This document shows, in pieces, positions 40,096-52,232 of a stretch of DNA of 64,000 nt. Within the stretch, counting starts at the first letter, position 1, and each line of letters begins with the position of its first letter. Location of the stretch: assembly GCA_042564455.1 (NCBI GenBank), contig JBHPLC010000003.1:8394-72393 (forward strand), given 5' to 3'. The notes under the pieces are model-generated. The model searched no databases. It was not told the origin of the DNA and saw nothing but the letters and a program-made list of their open reading frames with translations. Source of the DNA: Candidatus Zhuqueibacterota bacterium. GTDB lineage: Bacteria > SM23-31. The position numbers were made by a program, and so were the translations under genes.

Positions 40096-40632
40096 TTATG
40101 CAGAAGTTTTTCCAACTTTGCGTCTAACCAATTCACCGACATACCTGATACCTTTTCCTTTATATGGCTCAGGCGGTCTGAATTTGCGGATCTTAGAAGC
40201 AACTTCACCAACAACCTGCTTATTGATCCCTTTAATTATGATAGAAGTACGTACAGGTACTTCTATTGTGATACCCTCAGGCGGAACAAACAGAATCGGA
40301 TGTGAATAACCGAGATTTAAGAATAGACTTTTCCCTCTTATTTCGGCAGTATATCCAACACCCTGGATCTCCAGATCTTTCTGAAAACCTTCTTTAACAC
40401 CAATAACCATATTATTAATTAATGAACGAAACAGACCATGAAAAGATCTATGTTTTTTAGTTTCACCTGTTCTTTCAACTTTAATAATATTATCTTCGTG
40501 TTTAACGGTTATTTCCGGAGGTATGGTCTGAGCCAATTCTCCCTTTGGGCCACTAACAGTGACCAAACCATTTTCATATTTTACCGTCACACCATCAGGT
40601 ATGTTTATCAGCAATTTTCCAATTCGTGACAC
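40096..40632 (-). CDS. rplF: 50S ribosomal protein L6
   Basis: Two-domain L6. Canonical. Confidence 0.9.
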   Translation of the reverse strand: MSRIGKLLINIPDGVTVKYENGLVTVSGPKGELAQTIPPEITVKHEDNIIKVERTGETKKHRSFHGLFRSLINNMVIGVKEGFQKDLEIQGVGYTAEIRGKSLFLNLGYSHPILFVPPEGITIEVPVRTSIIIKGINKQVVGEVASKIRKFRPPEPYKGKGIRYVGELVRRKVGKTSA

Positions 40633-40654
40633 TTAAAACTCCTAAAGTGTATAT

Positions 40655-41050
40655 TTACCAAATATAACACAGCACCTCACCGCCAACGTGACGGCGGAGA
40701 GCTTCTTTATTTGTTATTACACCAACAGGTGTAGTTAGAACAGCAATACCGAGGTTGTTAAGAACACGTGGAATATTATTCACATTAGCATAGTGTCTTA
40801 ATCCCGGTTTAGATATTCTTCTCAGGCCGGCAATAACCGGTTTTTCCTGATCATACTTCAAATAAATCCTGATGAATCCCTGCAAACCGTCATCAATAAC
40901 GGCAAAATCAGTTATATAATGCTCATCAAAAAGTATTTGTGACATAGCTTTTTTAATATTAGAAGCAGGTATATCAACATACTTCTTTCTTGCCTTCAAA
41001 GCGTTGCGGATACGTGTTAAATAATCCGCAATTGGATCCGTAACAGGCAT
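40655..41050 (-). CDS. rpsH: 30S ribosomal protein S8
   Basis: Canonical. Confidence 0.9.
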   Translation of the reverse strand: MPVTDPIADYLTRIRNALKARKKYVDIPASNIKKAMSQILFDEHYITDFAVIDDGLQGFIRIYLKYDQEKPVIAGLRRISKPGLRHYANVNNIPRVLNNLGIAVLTTPVGVITNKEALRRHVGGEVLCYIW

Positions 41051-41079
41051 AAATTTACTCCTTGTAACCTTTTAATTAT

Positions 41080-41265
41080 TTACCAACTGGCTTTTACAAC
41101 ACCAGGAATATCACCTCTAAGAGCTAACTCCCGAAAACAAATACGGCAAATTCCGAATTTCCTGATATATGCTCTCGGCCTACCGCATCTGTTACAACGA
41201 TGGTATTTTCTAACTTTAAATTTAGGCTCTCTTTTTGCTTTTACTAATAAGGACTTCTTTGCCAC
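41080..41265 (-). CDS. rpsZ: 30S ribosomal protein S14 type Z (zinc-binding)
   Basis: 61 aa with CNRCGRP...CRIC. Confidence 0.9.
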   Translation of the reverse strand: MAKKSLLVKAKREPKFKVRKYHRCNRCGRPRAYIRKFGICRICFRELALRGDIPGVVKASW

Positions 41266-41313
41266 TTCTCTACCAGTCTATTGAGTTAACATTTTTATTA
41301 TTTACTGTAATAT

Positions 41314-42237
41314 TTACGATGCTGCCATTTCAGATTCTTCTTCGGTTCTTGCAAAAGGCATCCCGAATAATCTAAGTAATTCTTTTGCTTCTTCATCGGT
41401 CTTTGCAGTTGTTATAAAACAAATATCCATACCGTGAATAGCATCAACTTTATCGTAATCGATCTCCGGGAAAATAATATGCTCTTTTATACCGACCGAG
41501 TAATTCCCGAACCCATCAAATGATTTGTTAGGTAATCCTCTGAAATCTCTGATCCTTGGTACTGCTATTGCTATAAATCTATCAAGAAATTCATACATCT
41601 TGAATTTTCTTAATGTCACCTTACAACCGATCGGATTTCCAATACGCAACTTAAAATTTGAGATAGCTTTTTTTGCGCGTGTTATTACCGGTTTTTGACC
41701 TGTGATCACACCAAGTTCTTCAGCAGCGGTTTCTAAAAGTTTTTTATTCTGCAGAGCTGCACCCATTCCTACATTGACCGAAATTTTATCAATCCTGGGT
41801 ACCTGATGTATGTTCGCGTATTTAAACTTTTTTATCATTTCCTGAACAATTTCATCTTTGTATTTCAGATATAAACGAGGAACATACTTATCTTTTTTCT
41901 GCTGCTTCTTTTCGGATTTTTCTTTAGCCGCCGGTTTCTGTTTCTGCTCTTTTTCGGGTTTCGCTTCGGCTTTTTCTTTTTTATCCTTTGATTCAGCCGG
42001 TTTCTTCTTATCTGCAGTTTTTGGTTTGCCGGACTTTTTAGTCTCTTTTTTCTCTTCCGGTTTCACATCTGCCTTTTTCTTTTCAGATTTTGCCTCGGCT
42101 TTTTTCGCTACGGATTTCGCCTTCGCTTTTTTCTCTTCCGGTTCTGCCGCGGTCTTTTTCGCTTCCGGCTTTACTTCAGCTTTTTTCTCAGTTTTTTTCT
42201 TTGTATCTTTTTTTTCTGCCATTTTTAACACTCTCAA
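41314..42237 (-). CDS. rplE: 50S ribosomal protein L5 with about 125-aa K/A/E/P-rich N-terminal extension
   Basis: The C-terminal about 180 aa is canonical L5 ([14 protein letters not shown]...). The N-terminus is a histone-H1-like low-complexity tract ([25 protein letters not shown]...). Confidence 0.85.
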   Translation of the reverse strand: MRVLKMAEKKDTKKKTEKKAEVKPEAKKTAAEPEEKKAKAKSVAKKAEAKSEKKKADVKPEEKKETKKSGKPKTADKKKPAESKDKKEKAEAKPEKEQKQKPAAKEKSEKKQQKKDKYVPRLYLKYKDEIVQEMIKKFKYANIHQVPRIDKISVNVGMGAALQNKKLLETAAEELGVITGQKPVITRAKKAISNFKLRIGNPIGCKVTLRKFKMYEFLDRFIAIAVPRIRDFRGLPNKSFDGFGNYSVGIKEHIIFPEIDYDKVDAIHGMDICFITTAKTDEEAKELLRLFGMPFARTEEESEMAAS

Positions 42238-42246
42238 TAAACATTA

Positions 42247-42567
42247 TTAACCGCTGACAGTTATCATTTCTGAACAGCCGCGGCAAACACGAACACTTTT
42301 ACCGTTTTCCAGTATCTTGTGTTTAATTCTGGTTGCGTTATTGCATTTTGGACAAATCACCATCACATTAGATGCGTGAATAGTCCCTTCTTTTTCAATT
42401 ATCCCGCCCTGCGGGACCTGTTGATTTGGTCTTGTATGACGCTTGATCAGGTTTACACCTTCAACGAGAATTCTCTGAGTTTTCGGGAATGTTTTTAAAA
42501 CTTTCCCCTGTTTCCCTTTGTGATTACCTGATATAACAAGAACTTGATCATTTTTAACTACATTCAT
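42247..42567 (-). CDS. rplX: 50S ribosomal protein L24 with C-terminal Cys4 zinc-ribbon
   Basis: KOW motif VISGNHKGKQGKV. The C-terminus carries CPKC...CRGC. Confidence 0.85.
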   Translation of the reverse strand: MNVVKNDQVLVISGNHKGKQGKVLKTFPKTQRILVEGVNLIKRHTRPNQQVPQGGIIEKEGTIHASNVMVICPKCNNATRIKHKILENGKSVRVCRGCSEMITVSG

Positions 42568-42590
42568 GAATATCTTCCTAAATTCTTTTG

Positions 42591-42959
42591 CTATAATACT
42601 TCCGGTGCCAATGAAATGATTTTCATATACTGTTTTTCACGTAATTCTCTTGCAACCGGCCCAAATATACGGGTTCCAATCGGCTCATTATTATCATCTA
42701 AAAGAACTGCGGCATTATCATCAAATCTTATATATGAACCGTCTTTTCTGCGAATTTCCTTCTTCGTTCTGACTATAACAGCCTGATGAAGTGAACCTTT
42801 TTTAACTGTTCCGCCGGGGATCGCAGTTTTAACTGTTACTTTTATGATATCGCCTATACGTCCATATTTCTTTTTGGTGCCTCCAAAAAGCCGAATACAT
42901 AGAGCCTGCTTTGCTCCGGTATTATCTGCAACTGTAAGTCTTGTTTCTTCCTGAATCAT
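42591..42959 (-). CDS. rplN: 50S ribosomal protein L14
   Basis: Canonical. Confidence 0.9.
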   Translation of the reverse strand: MIQEETRLTVADNTGAKQALCIRLFGGTKKKYGRIGDIIKVTVKTAIPGGTVKKGSLHQAVIVRTKKEIRRKDGSYIRFDDNAAVLLDDNNEPIGTRIFGPVARELREKQYMKIISLAPEVL

Positions 42960-42967
42960 TTTTCAAC

Positions 42968-43225
42968 CTACTTCGCCTTTTCCAAGATTTCTATAACCCG
43001 CCATCTTTTAGTTTTACTTAAAGGGCGTGTCTCCATTATTTTTACAAAATCACCAATATTGCATTCATTATTTTCGTCATGTGCATGATATTTTGTAGTT
43101 TTCTTTATATACTTTTTGTAAACAGGGTGTTTGACTTTGCGTTCAACCTTAAGACTTACGGATTTATCCATTTTATTACTGAGTACTACACCCGTTCGAG
43201 TCTTCCGATAATTCCGTTTTTCCAT
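42968..43225 (-). CDS. rpsQ: 30S ribosomal protein S17
   Basis: Canonical. Confidence 0.9.
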   Translation of the reverse strand: MEKRNYRKTRTGVVLSNKMDKSVSLKVERKVKHPVYKKYIKKTTKYHAHDENNECNIGDFVKIMETRPLSKTKRWRVIEILEKAK

Positions 43226-43239
43226 TATTATAACCTTGA

Positions 43240-43488
43240 CTATTTAGTTTTATTATCTTCTGATTTATTCTTATTCGGTGTAACTTTCGGTTTCCTGATA
43301 CCATTTTCGAACTCATGAATGACAGTCTTGAGCCGCGAGATATCTTTTCTCAAATAACGAAGTCTTACCGGATTATCAAGCTGATGAGTCGCTTTTTGGA
43401 ACCTAAGACCTGCATAAGATTCCTGGATTTCTTCCAAATTCCTTTTAAGCTCTTCAAGGCTTAAAGTATTTATTTCTAACATCTTCAT
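43240..43488 (-). CDS. rpmC: 50S ribosomal protein L29 (short basic C-terminal tail)
   Basis: Canonical L29 core of about 65 aa, plus about 17 extra residues. Confidence 0.85.
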   Translation of the reverse strand: MKMLEINTLSLEELKRNLEEIQESYAGLRFQKATHQLDNPVRLRYLRKDISRLKTVIHEFENGIRKPKVTPNKNKSEDNKTK

Positions 43489-43491
43489 GAT

Positions 43492-43905
43492 TTAACTTAC
43501 TTCCTCTTTAATAAATTTTGTTTTTATCGGGAGTTTATGTGCGGCAAGCCTGATCGCTTCTTTTGCGACAGTTTCATCAACACCCTCAAGTTCAAACATT
43601 ACCTTTCCCGGTTTCACAACGGCTACCCAATATTCAGGAGAACCTTTTCCTTTTCCCATTCGGGTTTCAGCAGGTTTCTGAGTAATTGATTTATTCGGAA
43701 AAATTCTTATCCAGACCTTTCCGCCACGTTTTATAAATCTTGTCATAGCAATACGGGCAGCTTCTATCTGACGGCTGGTGATCCATCCGGGTTCAAGCGC
43801 TTTCAAGCCATATTTCCCGAAACTTATACTGCTGCCGCGCTGAGCGAGGCCTTTACTTCTGCCGCGTTGTTGTTTCCTATATTTTATTCTTTTTGGTGCT
43901 AACAT
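43492..43905 (-). CDS. rplP: 50S ribosomal protein L16
   Basis: Canonical. Confidence 0.9.
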   Translation of the reverse strand: MLAPKRIKYRKQQRGRSKGLAQRGSSISFGKYGLKALEPGWITSRQIEAARIAMTRFIKRGGKVWIRIFPNKSITQKPAETRMGKGKGSPEYWVAVVKPGKVMFELEGVDETVAKEAIRLAAHKLPIKTKFIKEEVS

Positions 43906-43930
43906 TTTTGAGTTTCCTTATCGATAGTTC

Positions 43931-44569
43931 TTAAGCCCCGGCATCCCCAATAACTTCACCGGTACAGATCCAGACTTTCACACCTATGCATCCATATGTC
44001 GTAAAGCTTGTCGCCTGTGCATAGTCAATATCCGCGCGTAATGTATGAAGAGGAATACGGCCTTCCTTATATTCTTCCGCTCGTGCCATTTCAGCACCGC
44101 CAAGTCTTCCGGCACAACGAATACGAATTCCTTCTGCGCCCATTCGCATTGTCGAGACAATTGCTTTCTTCATAGCCCGTCTGAAAGATATTTTGGCCTC
44201 TAACTGACGTGCGATATTTTCTGCGACTAAATATGCATCAAGTTCAGGTCTTTTAATTTCTTCAATATTCAGCTGAATATCCTTTTTCGTTACTTTTTTC
44301 AGCTCTTCTTTCAACTTATCTACTTCTGCACCTTTGCGTCCGATCACAATTCCCGGACGGGCTGTTTTTATATTTAATGTAACTTTTTTCGGAGTGCGTT
44401 CAATCTCAATTTTGGATACACCCGCTCTTCTAAGGCGATTACGGATATATTTTCTCAGCATCAGGTCTTCCTGCAGTTTATCCGCAAATGTTCTCTCGTC
44501 GAACCAGTTTGAATTCCAAGATTTAATAATTCCTAATCTAAATCCTACCGGGTGTGTTTTCTGACCCAA
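43931..44569 (-). CDS. rpsC: 30S ribosomal protein S3
   Basis: Canonical KH + S3-C domains. Confidence 0.9.
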   Translation of the reverse strand: MGQKTHPVGFRLGIIKSWNSNWFDERTFADKLQEDLMLRKYIRNRLRRAGVSKIEIERTPKKVTLNIKTARPGIVIGRKGAEVDKLKEELKKVTKKDIQLNIEEIKRPELDAYLVAENIARQLEAKISFRRAMKKAIVSTMRMGAEGIRIRCAGRLGGAEMARAEEYKEGRIPLHTLRADIDYAQATSFTTYGCIGVKVWICTGEVIGDAGA

Positions 44570-44587
44570 GTTTCTTCCTCCTTATAA

Positions 44588-44935
44588 TTACGATTCTTCA
44601 CCGCTTATATATACAGTAATATGGCTGAATCTTTTACGTATTCTCGATGCTCTGCCCATAGGTCCTGGCCTAAAACGTTTTGCTATAGGACCACCATCAA
44701 CAAAAGCTTTCGAAATTACCAGGTCACTTGTTTCAAATTTTCTTGAATCGTCCAAATGCATAAAATTTGCCACAGCTGACCTTATTGTTTTTTCTAAAAG
44801 CCTTGCACCTTTTTTCGGAGTAAAATGAAGTATATCCAGTGCCTCATTCACATTTTTACCACGAACAAGGTTCATAACTATCCGTATTTTTCTCGGTGAA
44901 GACCTCACATATTTCGAACGTGCCCGTACTTCCAT
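44588..44935 (-). CDS. rplV: 50S ribosomal protein L22
   Basis: Canonical. Confidence 0.9.
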   Translation of the reverse strand: MEVRARSKYVRSSPRKIRIVMNLVRGKNVNEALDILHFTPKKGARLLEKTIRSAVANFMHLDDSRKFETSDLVISKAFVDGGPIAKRFRPGPMGRASRIRKRFSHITVYISGEES

Positions 44936-44963
44936 TTTATTATTAGTTCCTTTAGAGTTAATC

Positions 44964-45251
44964 TTATCTTACCTTTGCCTGACGATCCGCTAACTTCCCG
45001 CCATGACCTCTGAATGTGCGGGTTGGTGCAAATTCACCAAGTTTATGACCGACCATGTTTTCAGTAATATATACAGGAATAAACTTATTCCCATTATGCA
45101 CTGCAACTGTTGCACCTACAAAATCAGGTGGAATTGTTGAGCTACGAGACCAGGTTTTTACAACTTGTTTTTTATTCTGATTCTGTAAATCCGTAACTCT
45201 TTTAAAAAGTTTCTCATCTATATATGGACCTTTTTTCAATGATCTCGCCAT
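44964..45251 (-). CDS. rpsS: 30S ribosomal protein S19
   Basis: Canonical. Confidence 0.9.
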   Translation of the reverse strand: MARSLKKGPYIDEKLFKRVTDLQNQNKKQVVKTWSRSSTIPPDFVGATVAVHNGNKFIPVYITENMVGHKLGEFAPTRTFRGHGGKLADRQAKVR

Positions 45252-45263
45252 TATATATCCTTG

Positions 45264-46085
45264 TTATTTTTTCCTTTTGATGATAAGTTTATTCTTCGCT
45301 GCTTGTTTTGAGCGTGTTTTATAACCCTTGGTCGGTTTTCCCCAGGGTGTACAAGGGTGACGTCCTCCCGAAGATTTACCTTCACCACCACCCATAGGAT
45401 GGTCATGAGGATTCATTGCAACTCCGCGTGTGTGCGGGCGCCTGCCTAACCATCGGCTTCTTCCGGCTTTGCCCAACGAAACATTCAAGTGTTCCAGGTT
45501 GCTTAACTGGCCTATTGTAGCATAGCAATCGATCATGACCTTTCTCATTTCACCGGAAGGCATACGAAGTATCGCATACTTTCCTTCCTTAGCCATTAAC
45601 TGAACAGCAGATCCTGCGCTTCTGGCAATCTGTCCGCCTTTTTTTGGCCGGAACTCAACATTATGTACGAATGTTCCCAGGGGAATTTTTGCCAGAGGGA
45701 GTGAATTCCCAACCCTGATCTCACTGTCCGGTCCGGAGAATACTACGTCATCAACTTTCAGACCGACAGGACATAGTATATAGCGTTTTTCGCCGTCCGA
45801 ATAATGAAGAAGTGATATGAAGGTAGTCCTGTTAGGATCGTATTCAATCGAATGGACCTTACCGGGAATCCCATGTTTATCACGTTTAAAATCTATAATC
45901 CTATATTTACGTTTATGCCCACCACCACGGTGTCTTGCAGTGATTCTCCCTGTATTATTTCGTCCTCCTTTTTTCGGAAGCGCTACTGTCAGGGATTTTT
46001 CCGGTTCATCAGTAGTAAATTCACGAACTATATCGGTTTTGAACCTCTGCCCGGGTGTAGTAGGATTGTATTTCTTTAAAGCCAT
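45264..46085 (-). CDS. rplB: 50S ribosomal protein L2
   Basis: Canonical. Confidence 0.9.
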   Translation of the reverse strand: MALKKYNPTTPGQRFKTDIVREFTTDEPEKSLTVALPKKGGRNNTGRITARHRGGGHKRKYRIIDFKRDKHGIPGKVHSIEYDPNRTTFISLLHYSDGEKRYILCPVGLKVDDVVFSGPDSEIRVGNSLPLAKIPLGTFVHNVEFRPKKGGQIARSAGSAVQLMAKEGKYAILRMPSGEMRKVMIDCYATIGQLSNLEHLNVSLGKAGRSRWLGRRPHTRGVAMNPHDHPMGGGEGKSSGGRHPCTPWGKPTKGYKTRSKQAAKNKLIIKRKK

Positions 46086-46090
46086 TAATA

Positions 46091-46378
46091 TTACGCTCCT
46101 TCAAATAGAGTAATTTGATAACCTTCTTTCAGCATAACAATAGCTTTTTTCCAGCCGCTTTGCCTGCCGGAAAATCTTCCCATTGTTTTGACCTTGCCCT
46201 TAACATTCATCGTACGGACCGAATCAACCTTAACCTCAAATTTCTCTTCAACGGCACGTTTTATTTCGATCTTATTCGCACGCTTGTCAACGACAAATCC
46301 ATATTGATTTTTATCTTCGCCTAAATTGGTCAGTTTTTCTGTGACCAACGGCCTAATAATAACATCAATTATTTCCAC
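46091..46378 (-). CDS. rplW: 50S ribosomal protein L23
   Basis: Canonical. Confidence 0.9.
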   Translation of the reverse strand: MEIIDVIIRPLVTEKLTNLGEDKNQYGFVVDKRANKIEIKRAVEEKFEVKVDSVRTMNVKGKVKTMGRFSGRQSGWKKAIVMLKEGYQITLFEGA

Positions 46379-46380
46379 AG

Positions 46381-47007
46381 TTAAAATTCCTCATTAATAT
46401 GTTCCAGCGCATTCTTCTGAATAATCAAACGCGCTTGTTTTACTATATCATAAGCACAGATCTGATTCGCAGGTAAAAGCGACAGATTCTTTATGTTTTT
46501 ACAGGAATTCCACATACTCGATGAATGCTCTTTAATTATCAATAAGGTTCTGTCATTGTTAGAGATATTTAAAGATTTAAGAATATCTGCAATAAATTTC
46601 GTCTCGGAGTTGTCAACAGTAAAATCCTCTATCAACATTATGGCATCTTCCCGAGCTTTTGAAGCTAAAGCAAGTTTTCTTGCCAGTTTTTTCTCTTTTT
46701 TGTTCACACCAACACTATATCCATGCGGTGTTGGACCGAATGCTTTTCCTCCACCACGCCAGATGTTGGACTTAACAGATCCTGCTCTTGCCCGTCCTGT
46801 TCCTTTCTGACGGTAAGGTTTTTTACCGCTACCGCTTACAAGTGCGCGGTTTTTTGCCATATGAGTACCCTGGTGCTGTGCTGCCAAATAAGAGAGAACC
46901 GCACGATGTACAACATAATCTTTTGGTTCTAAACCAAAGATTTTCTTGTTTAGTTTGAGACTTTCACCGCTTTGCGATCCATCAATTTTATATACCGGTA
47001 ATTCCAT
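46381..47007 (-). CDS. rplD: 50S ribosomal protein L4
   Basis: Canonical. Confidence 0.9.
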   Translation of the reverse strand: MELPVYKIDGSQSGESLKLNKKIFGLEPKDYVVHRAVLSYLAAQHQGTHMAKNRALVSGSGKKPYRQKGTGRARAGSVKSNIWRGGGKAFGPTPHGYSVGVNKKEKKLARKLALASKAREDAIMLIEDFTVDNSETKFIADILKSLNISNNDRTLLIIKEHSSSMWNSCKNIKNLSLLPANQICAYDIVKQARLIIQKNALEHINEEF

Positions 47008-47014
47008 TCTTATA

Positions 47015-47635
47015 TTATCCTTTTGTCACTTCTACGATTGAATTACGACTTCCAGGAACCGAACCTTTAACTAATATTTGATTTTTATCGATATCGATAT
47101 CTATCACTTCCAGATTCCTGATAGTTGTCTTTTTATTACCCATCTGACCGGGCATTTTCATTCCCTTTATTACTCTTGAGGGATCAGAAGATGCACCAAT
47201 TGAACCCCCAGTACGCAGTCTGTCCGATTGACCATGAGTTTTCGGCCCACCTGCAAAATTAAATTTTTTAACAACACCGGCAAAACCCCGACCTTTCGAA
47301 AATGATGTAACATCAACAAATTCGCCTTTTTCAAATTTCTCGACTGTTAATGTTTCACCAAGTTCATACTTATCTACTTCGTCTGTTCTGAATTCGATAA
47401 GTTTTTTCAGCAGTTTTTCGCCAGATTTTTTCAGATGACCAATTTTCGGTTTATTCAATCTGTGTTCTTTTGTTTCCGAATAACCTATTTGTACAGCCTC
47501 ATAACCTTCAGTAGCCTGCTTTTTGATCTGAGTCACGAAACACGGACCCAATTCAATAACAGTTACAGGAACCTGAACTCTCCGGCTATCAAAGACTGAT
47601 GTCATATTTAGTTTTTTTCCAATTAATTTTAACAT
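47015..47635 (-). CDS. rplC: 50S ribosomal protein L3
   Basis: Canonical. Confidence 0.9.
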   Translation of the reverse strand: MLKLIGKKLNMTSVFDSRRVQVPVTVIELGPCFVTQIKKQATEGYEAVQIGYSETKEHRLNKPKIGHLKKSGEKLLKKLIEFRTDEVDKYELGETLTVEKFEKGEFVDVTSFSKGRGFAGVVKKFNFAGGPKTHGQSDRLRTGGSIGASSDPSRVIKGMKMPGQMGNKKTTIRNLEVIDIDIDKNQILVKGSVPGSRNSIVEVTKG

Positions 47636-47636
47636 T

Positions 47637-47948
47637 TTACACCTTAATCTCGATGTCTACACCAGCTGGTAATTCTAATTTCATTAATGCGTCAATTGTT
47701 TTTGATGATGAATGATGAATATCAATCAGACGCTTGTGAATTCTTGTTTCGAACTGCTCACGTGACTTTTTATCTACGTGAGGAGAGCGTAATACTGTAT
47801 AGATTGTTCTTCTTGTCGGCAATGGAATAGGTCCGGAAATCATTGCTCCCGTGGATTTCGCAGTTCTAACTATTTTATCCGCCGATTTATCGATTAAATT
47901 ATGATCGTAAGCTTTTAATTTAATCCGTATTTTTTGACGTTGAGCCAA
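47637..47948 (-). CDS. rpsJ: 30S ribosomal protein S10
   Basis: Canonical. Confidence 0.9.
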   Translation of the reverse strand: MAQRQKIRIKLKAYDHNLIDKSADKIVRTAKSTGAMISGPIPLPTRRTIYTVLRSPHVDKKSREQFETRIHKRLIDIHHSSSKTIDALMKLELPAGVDIEIKV

Positions 47949-47969
47949 TGTTTAACTCCATTTGTTTTA

Positions 47970-49172
47970 TTATTCAATAACTTCGGTTACGACTCCGGCA
48001 CCAACTGTTCTTCCGCCTTCCCTGATTGCAAAACGGAGTTCTTTTTCCATTGCTATCGGTGCTATCATCTCTATTGACAGTTCCACATCATCACCGGGCA
48101 TTACCATCTCTACTCCCTCGGGTAATGTCGCTACTCCGGTAACATCTGTTGTACGAAAATAGAACTGCGGACGATATCCGTTGAAAAACGGAGTGTGCCT
48201 GCCGCCCTCTTCCTTCGTCAGTACGTAAACCTGACCCTTAAACTTCGTATGCGGTGTTATACTGCCCGGGGTCGCTACTACCATCCCGCGCTCCAAAAAC
48301 TCCTTGTCAACACCACGAAGCAATAAACCAACATTATCTCCGGCTTCCCCACGGTCAAGAATCTTGCGGAACATCTCTACTCCGGTCACTACCGTCTTAC
48401 GCTTGGCACCAAGACCGATGATCTCAACTTCTTCATTCACATTTACCACTCCACGCTCTATCCTGCCTGTACCAACCGTACCACGACCGGTTATACTGAA
48501 TACATCCTCTACAGGCATCAAAAAAGTCTTGTCAACATCACGCTCAGGGGTAGGTACATATTCATCTACTGCAGCCATCAGCTCATATACACTCTTAAAT
48601 GATTCACTCTCTGTCTCCCCGGCTACCGCTGCATTCATCGCCTCAAGAGCACTGCCCCGGATAATTGGTATGTCATCCCCGGGAAACTCATACTGGCTCA
48701 GAAGCTCGCGAAGTTCAAGCTCTACAAGCTCCAATAACTCCGGATCATCTACCTGATCTACCTTGTTCAAATATACCACGATGAAGGGAACTCCTACCTG
48801 GCGGGCAAGCAGAATATGCTCACGCGTCTGCGGCATCGGACCATCTGCTGCTGATACTACTAGTATCGCTCCGTCCATCTGCGCCGCACCTGTTATCATG
48901 TTCTTTACATAATCAGCATGACCAGGACAGTCAACATGCGCATAATGACGATTATCAGTCTCATACTCAACATGAGCTGTCGCTATCGTTATACCGCGCT
49001 CACGCTCCTCCGGAGCATTGTCTATAGAATCAAACGTACGGACAGAAGATAATCCCTTCTGACTCAATATCATCGTTATCGCAGCGGTTAAAGTAGTCTT
49101 ACCATGATCAACATGACCTATGGTACCTATATTAACATGCGGCTTGGTACGCTCAAACTTCTCTTTTGCCAT
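47970..49172 (-). CDS. tuf: elongation factor Tu
   Basis: [19 protein letters not shown]. 400 aa. Confidence 0.95.
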   Translation of the reverse strand: MAKEKFERTKPHVNIGTIGHVDHGKTTLTAAITMILSQKGLSSVRTFDSIDNAPEERERGITIATAHVEYETDNRHYAHVDCPGHADYVKNMITGAAQMDGAILVVSAADGPMPQTREHILLARQVGVPFIVVYLNKVDQVDDPELLELVELELRELLSQYEFPGDDIPIIRGSALEAMNAAVAGETESESFKSVYELMAAVDEYVPTPERDVDKTFLMPVEDVFSITGRGTVGTGRIERGVVNVNEEVEIIGLGAKRKTVVTGVEMFRKILDRGEAGDNVGLLLRGVDKEFLERGMVVATPGSITPHTKFKGQVYVLTKEEGGRHTPFFNGYRPQFYFRTTDVTGVATLPEGVEMVMPGDDVELSIEMIAPIAMEKELRFAIREGGRTVGAGVVTEVIE

Positions 49173-49195
49173 TGCTCTGTATCTCCTTAAATTTA

Positions 49196-51325
49196 TCAGG
49201 CGTATGAAACACCTGAATACTTATTTAATAACTTTTCTTCTATTTGTTTCGGCATTTGTTCAAAGTGATCAAACTGCATTGTAAATACAGCCCTGCCCTG
49301 GGTCAATGACCTCAGTGCGGTTGAGTATCCGAACACCTCTCTTAACGGAACAAGTGTTTTAACAAATTTTGCTTTGTCTTTATCGTCAAGACCTTCGATT
49401 TTACCTCTTCGTGCATTTATATCCGACATAACTTCACCGAGATAATTCTCGGGAACTATGATATCAATTTTCATAATCGGTTCCAGCAGAACGTTACCCG
49501 CTTTTTTCTGAGCATCTCTGAAGGCAATATTTCCACAGGCCCTGAAGGCTATTTCTGATGAATCCACCTCATGAAATGAACCATCCAGCAAAGTAACTTT
49601 TGTATCCACTACCGGGTATCCAGCAAGAATTCCATTTTTCATCGAGTCTTCTATACCCCTTTTAATGGGATGAATGAACTCTCTTGGGATAGCACCGCCG
49701 AATATCTCATTACTGAACTCAAAACCGGCCCCCCGGGGCATTGGTTCAACCCGTATTTTAACATGTGCATATTGCCCTTTTCCACCGGTCTGCTTTACAA
49801 ATTTTGTCTCAACCTCTACTTCTTTCAATAATCTTTCTTTATATGAAACCTGAGGAACACCCACATTTGCCGCAACCTTGAATTCTCTAAGAAGTCTGTC
49901 TGAAATAATTTCGAGATGAAGTTCCCCCATTCCGGAAATTATCGTCTGGCCTGTCTCCGAGTTTACATCCACCTTAAAAGTAGGATCTTCATCAGAAAGC
50001 TTATTGAGAGATAAGGCTAATTTTTCTTCATCAGCTTTGGTCTTCGGCTCGATAGCAATATTTATTACCGGATCCGGAAAATTCATTTTTTCCAGAAATA
50101 TCTGATGTCCTTCATTGCAAAGAGTATCTCCGGTTTTAGTTAATTTCAATCCTACACCTGCAACAATATCCCCCATTGTAGCTTCTTCTAAATCTTCTCT
50201 TTTATTTGCATACATTCTTAAAATTCTACCGAGTCGTTCTCTCTTACCTGCAGAAGGATTGTATACCGTATCACCCGTTCTGACAGTCCCTGAATAAACT
50301 CTGAAATATGTCAATCTGCCGACATACGGATCAGTGGCTATTTTAAATGCTAATGCAACAAAATCGCCATTCGGAGACATCTCTTTAACTATTTCTTTAT
50401 CTGTCTTCGGATGGCGGCCTGTTAATTCCGTTTTATCCATTGGGGACGGCAAATAGTAATTTATTGCATCCAGAAGTCGCTGGACACCTTTGTTCCTGAA
50501 AGCTGATCCGCAGAATACGGGGATAACTTTTGTGGAAAGTGTGCCAGCTCTTATTGCTTTTCTGAACAGTTCTTCGCTAATTTCGGCCCCGTCCAGGTAC
50601 TTTTCCATCAGTTCATCATCATATTCAGAAATAACCTCAAGCAGATTCTTTCTTGCAACCATAGCCTGATCCAGCATATCATCAGGAATATCCATTTCCT
50701 CAAATATAGCGCCGAAAGAATGTTCATTATACACAATAGCCTTCATCAGAACAAGGTCGATCAAACCGGTGAATAGTTCTTCAGATCCCATAGGTATCTG
50801 GAGTGGGATAGGATTAGCGCCAAGTCTTGTTTTAATACTTTCCAATGCTTTATAAAAGTCAGCTCCCGTTCTATCCATTTTATTAATAAAAACGATCCCC
50901 GGAACGCTGTACTTATTAGCCTGTCTCCAGACTGTTTCGGTCTGCGGTTCGACTCCGGCAACAGCATCAAGGATCATTATCGCTCCGTCAAGAACACGCA
51001 GCGAACGTTCAACTTCAACGGTAAAATCGACATGACCGGGTGTATCAATAATATTTATAAAATTATCCCGCCATTTGATAGTCGTTGCAGCAGAAGTAAT
51101 TGTAATACCTCGTTCTTTTTCCTGATCCATCCAGTCCATAGTGGCAAGTCCTTCGTGCACCTCACCCATTCTATGCAATTTGCCGGAATAAAACAACATT
51201 CGTTCAGTTGTTGTGGTCTTGCCGGCATCGATGTGAGCCATAATACCAATATTTCTGGTATTCACTAATCTTGCCTTGTTTCCGTTTCCGTTAACGGATG
51301 AATTATTTTTCTTGTTTTTTGACAT
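49196..51325 (-). CDS. fusA: elongation factor G (N-terminus about 12 aa longer than usual)
   Basis: [17 protein letters not shown]. The track ORF to 51454 would overlap rpsG by 113 nt, so the start is set at Met 51325 ([38 protein letters not shown]). Confidence 0.85.
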   Translation of the reverse strand: MSKNKKNNSSVNGNGNKARLVNTRNIGIMAHIDAGKTTTTERMLFYSGKLHRMGEVHEGLATMDWMDQEKERGITITSAATTIKWRDNFINIIDTPGHVDFTVEVERSLRVLDGAIMILDAVAGVEPQTETVWRQANKYSVPGIVFINKMDRTGADFYKALESIKTRLGANPIPLQIPMGSEELFTGLIDLVLMKAIVYNEHSFGAIFEEMDIPDDMLDQAMVARKNLLEVISEYDDELMEKYLDGAEISEELFRKAIRAGTLSTKVIPVFCGSAFRNKGVQRLLDAINYYLPSPMDKTELTGRHPKTDKEIVKEMSPNGDFVALAFKIATDPYVGRLTYFRVYSGTVRTGDTVYNPSAGKRERLGRILRMYANKREDLEEATMGDIVAGVGLKLTKTGDTLCNEGHQIFLEKMNFPDPVINIAIEPKTKADEEKLALSLNKLSDEDPTFKVDVNSETGQTIISGMGELHLEIISDRLLREFKVAANVGVPQVSYKERLLKEVEVETKFVKQTGGKGQYAHVKIRVEPMPRGAGFEFSNEIFGGAIPREFIHPIKRGIEDSMKNGILAGYPVVDTKVTLLDGSFHEVDSSEIAFRACGNIAFRDAQKKAGNVLLEPIMKIDIIVPENYLGEVMSDINARRGKIEGLDDKDKAKFVKTLVPLREVFGYSTALRSLTQGRAVFTMQFDHFEQMPKQIEEKLLNKYSGVSYA

Positions 51326-51341
51326 ATCTAAGGGACAAATA

Positions 51342-51812
51342 TTACCATTTAAAATGTGCGAAAGCTTTATTAGCTTCAGCCATTTTATGGGTATCTTCTT
51401 TCTTCTTAATTGATGAACCTTCATTGTTTGCAGCTCCGATAAATTCAGCTGCAAGCTTTGCCTTCATACTTTTCTCTTTGCGCATTTTTGAATATAATAC
51501 AAGCCATCTGATTGCAAGAGAGACTCTTCGCTTTTCACGTACCTCAACGGGCACCTGATATGTAGCACCTCCAACACGTCTTGATTTTATCTCAAGAACC
51601 GGCTTTACATTTTCAACAGCCTTTTCGAAAACCTCTAACCCAGGCTGTCCGGATTTTTCTTCAATACTGTCTAACGCAGAATAGAAGATCTTCTCGGCGA
51701 TACTTTTCTTGCCTCTTCTCATAATTCCGTTAATGAACTTTGATACTAATATCGATTGATACTTCGGATCCGGATCCGGAATTCTTTTTTGTGGTTTTTT
51801 ACGTCTTGACAT
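51342..51812 (-). CDS. rpsG: 30S ribosomal protein S7
   Basis: Canonical. Confidence 0.9.
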   Translation of the reverse strand: MSRRKKPQKRIPDPDPKYQSILVSKFINGIMRRGKKSIAEKIFYSALDSIEEKSGQPGLEVFEKAVENVKPVLEIKSRRVGGATYQVPVEVREKRRVSLAIRWLVLYSKMRKEKSMKAKLAAEFIGAANNEGSSIKKKEDTHKMAEANKAFAHFKW

Positions 51813-51841
51813 ATTACCCGTTCAGAGTTATTTATTAAATT

Positions 51842-52216
51842 TTATTGTTTTGGTCTTTTTGTTCCGTATTTTGATCTGCTCTGCCTACGGTCTTGTACAC
51901 CGCTTGTATCCAGAGTTCCTCTGATTATATGGTATCTGACACCAGGGATATCCTTAATACGACCGCCTCTTATCAGTACTATCGAGTGTTCCTGGAGGTT
52001 ATGACCTTCACCGGGAATATAAGCAGTTACTTCGATCCCATTAGAAAGTCGTACCCTGGCAACTTTTCTGAGTGCTGAATTCGGTTTCTTGGGTGTAGAT
52101 GTATAAACTCTGGTACAAACACCCCGCTTTTGAGGGGAACGCATCAAAGCCGGAGCAGATGTCTTCTTGCTTTTTTGCTTTCTGCCTTGCCTGACAAGTT
52201 GATTTACAGTTGGCAC
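51842..52216 (-). CDS. rpsL: 30S ribosomal protein S12
   Basis: Canonical. Confidence 0.9.
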   Translation of the reverse strand: MPTVNQLVRQGRKQKSKKTSAPALMRSPQKRGVCTRVYTSTPKKPNSALRKVARVRLSNGIEVTAYIPGEGHNLQEHSIVLIRGGRIKDIPGVRYHIIRGTLDTSGVQDRRQSRSKYGTKRPKQ

Positions 52217-52232
52217 ATAAACCTCTCTTTTA

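Noticed and set aside
41858-42250. 130-aa plus-strand ORF rich in F/S/A opposite the L5 N-terminal extension
   Set aside because: It is the reverse-complement reading of the AAG/GAA-rich K/E tract, so it is an artefact of low-complexity sequence.
48304-48756. 150-aa plus-strand ORF antisense to tuf
   Set aside because: tuf is unambiguous on the minus strand. The antisense ORF is S/T/P-rich with no motif.
49196-51454. Longer fusA ORF starting at 51454 ([13 protein letters not shown]...)
   Set aside because: It would overlap rpsG by 113 nt. The conserved EF-G N-terminus aligns to the internal Met at 51325.
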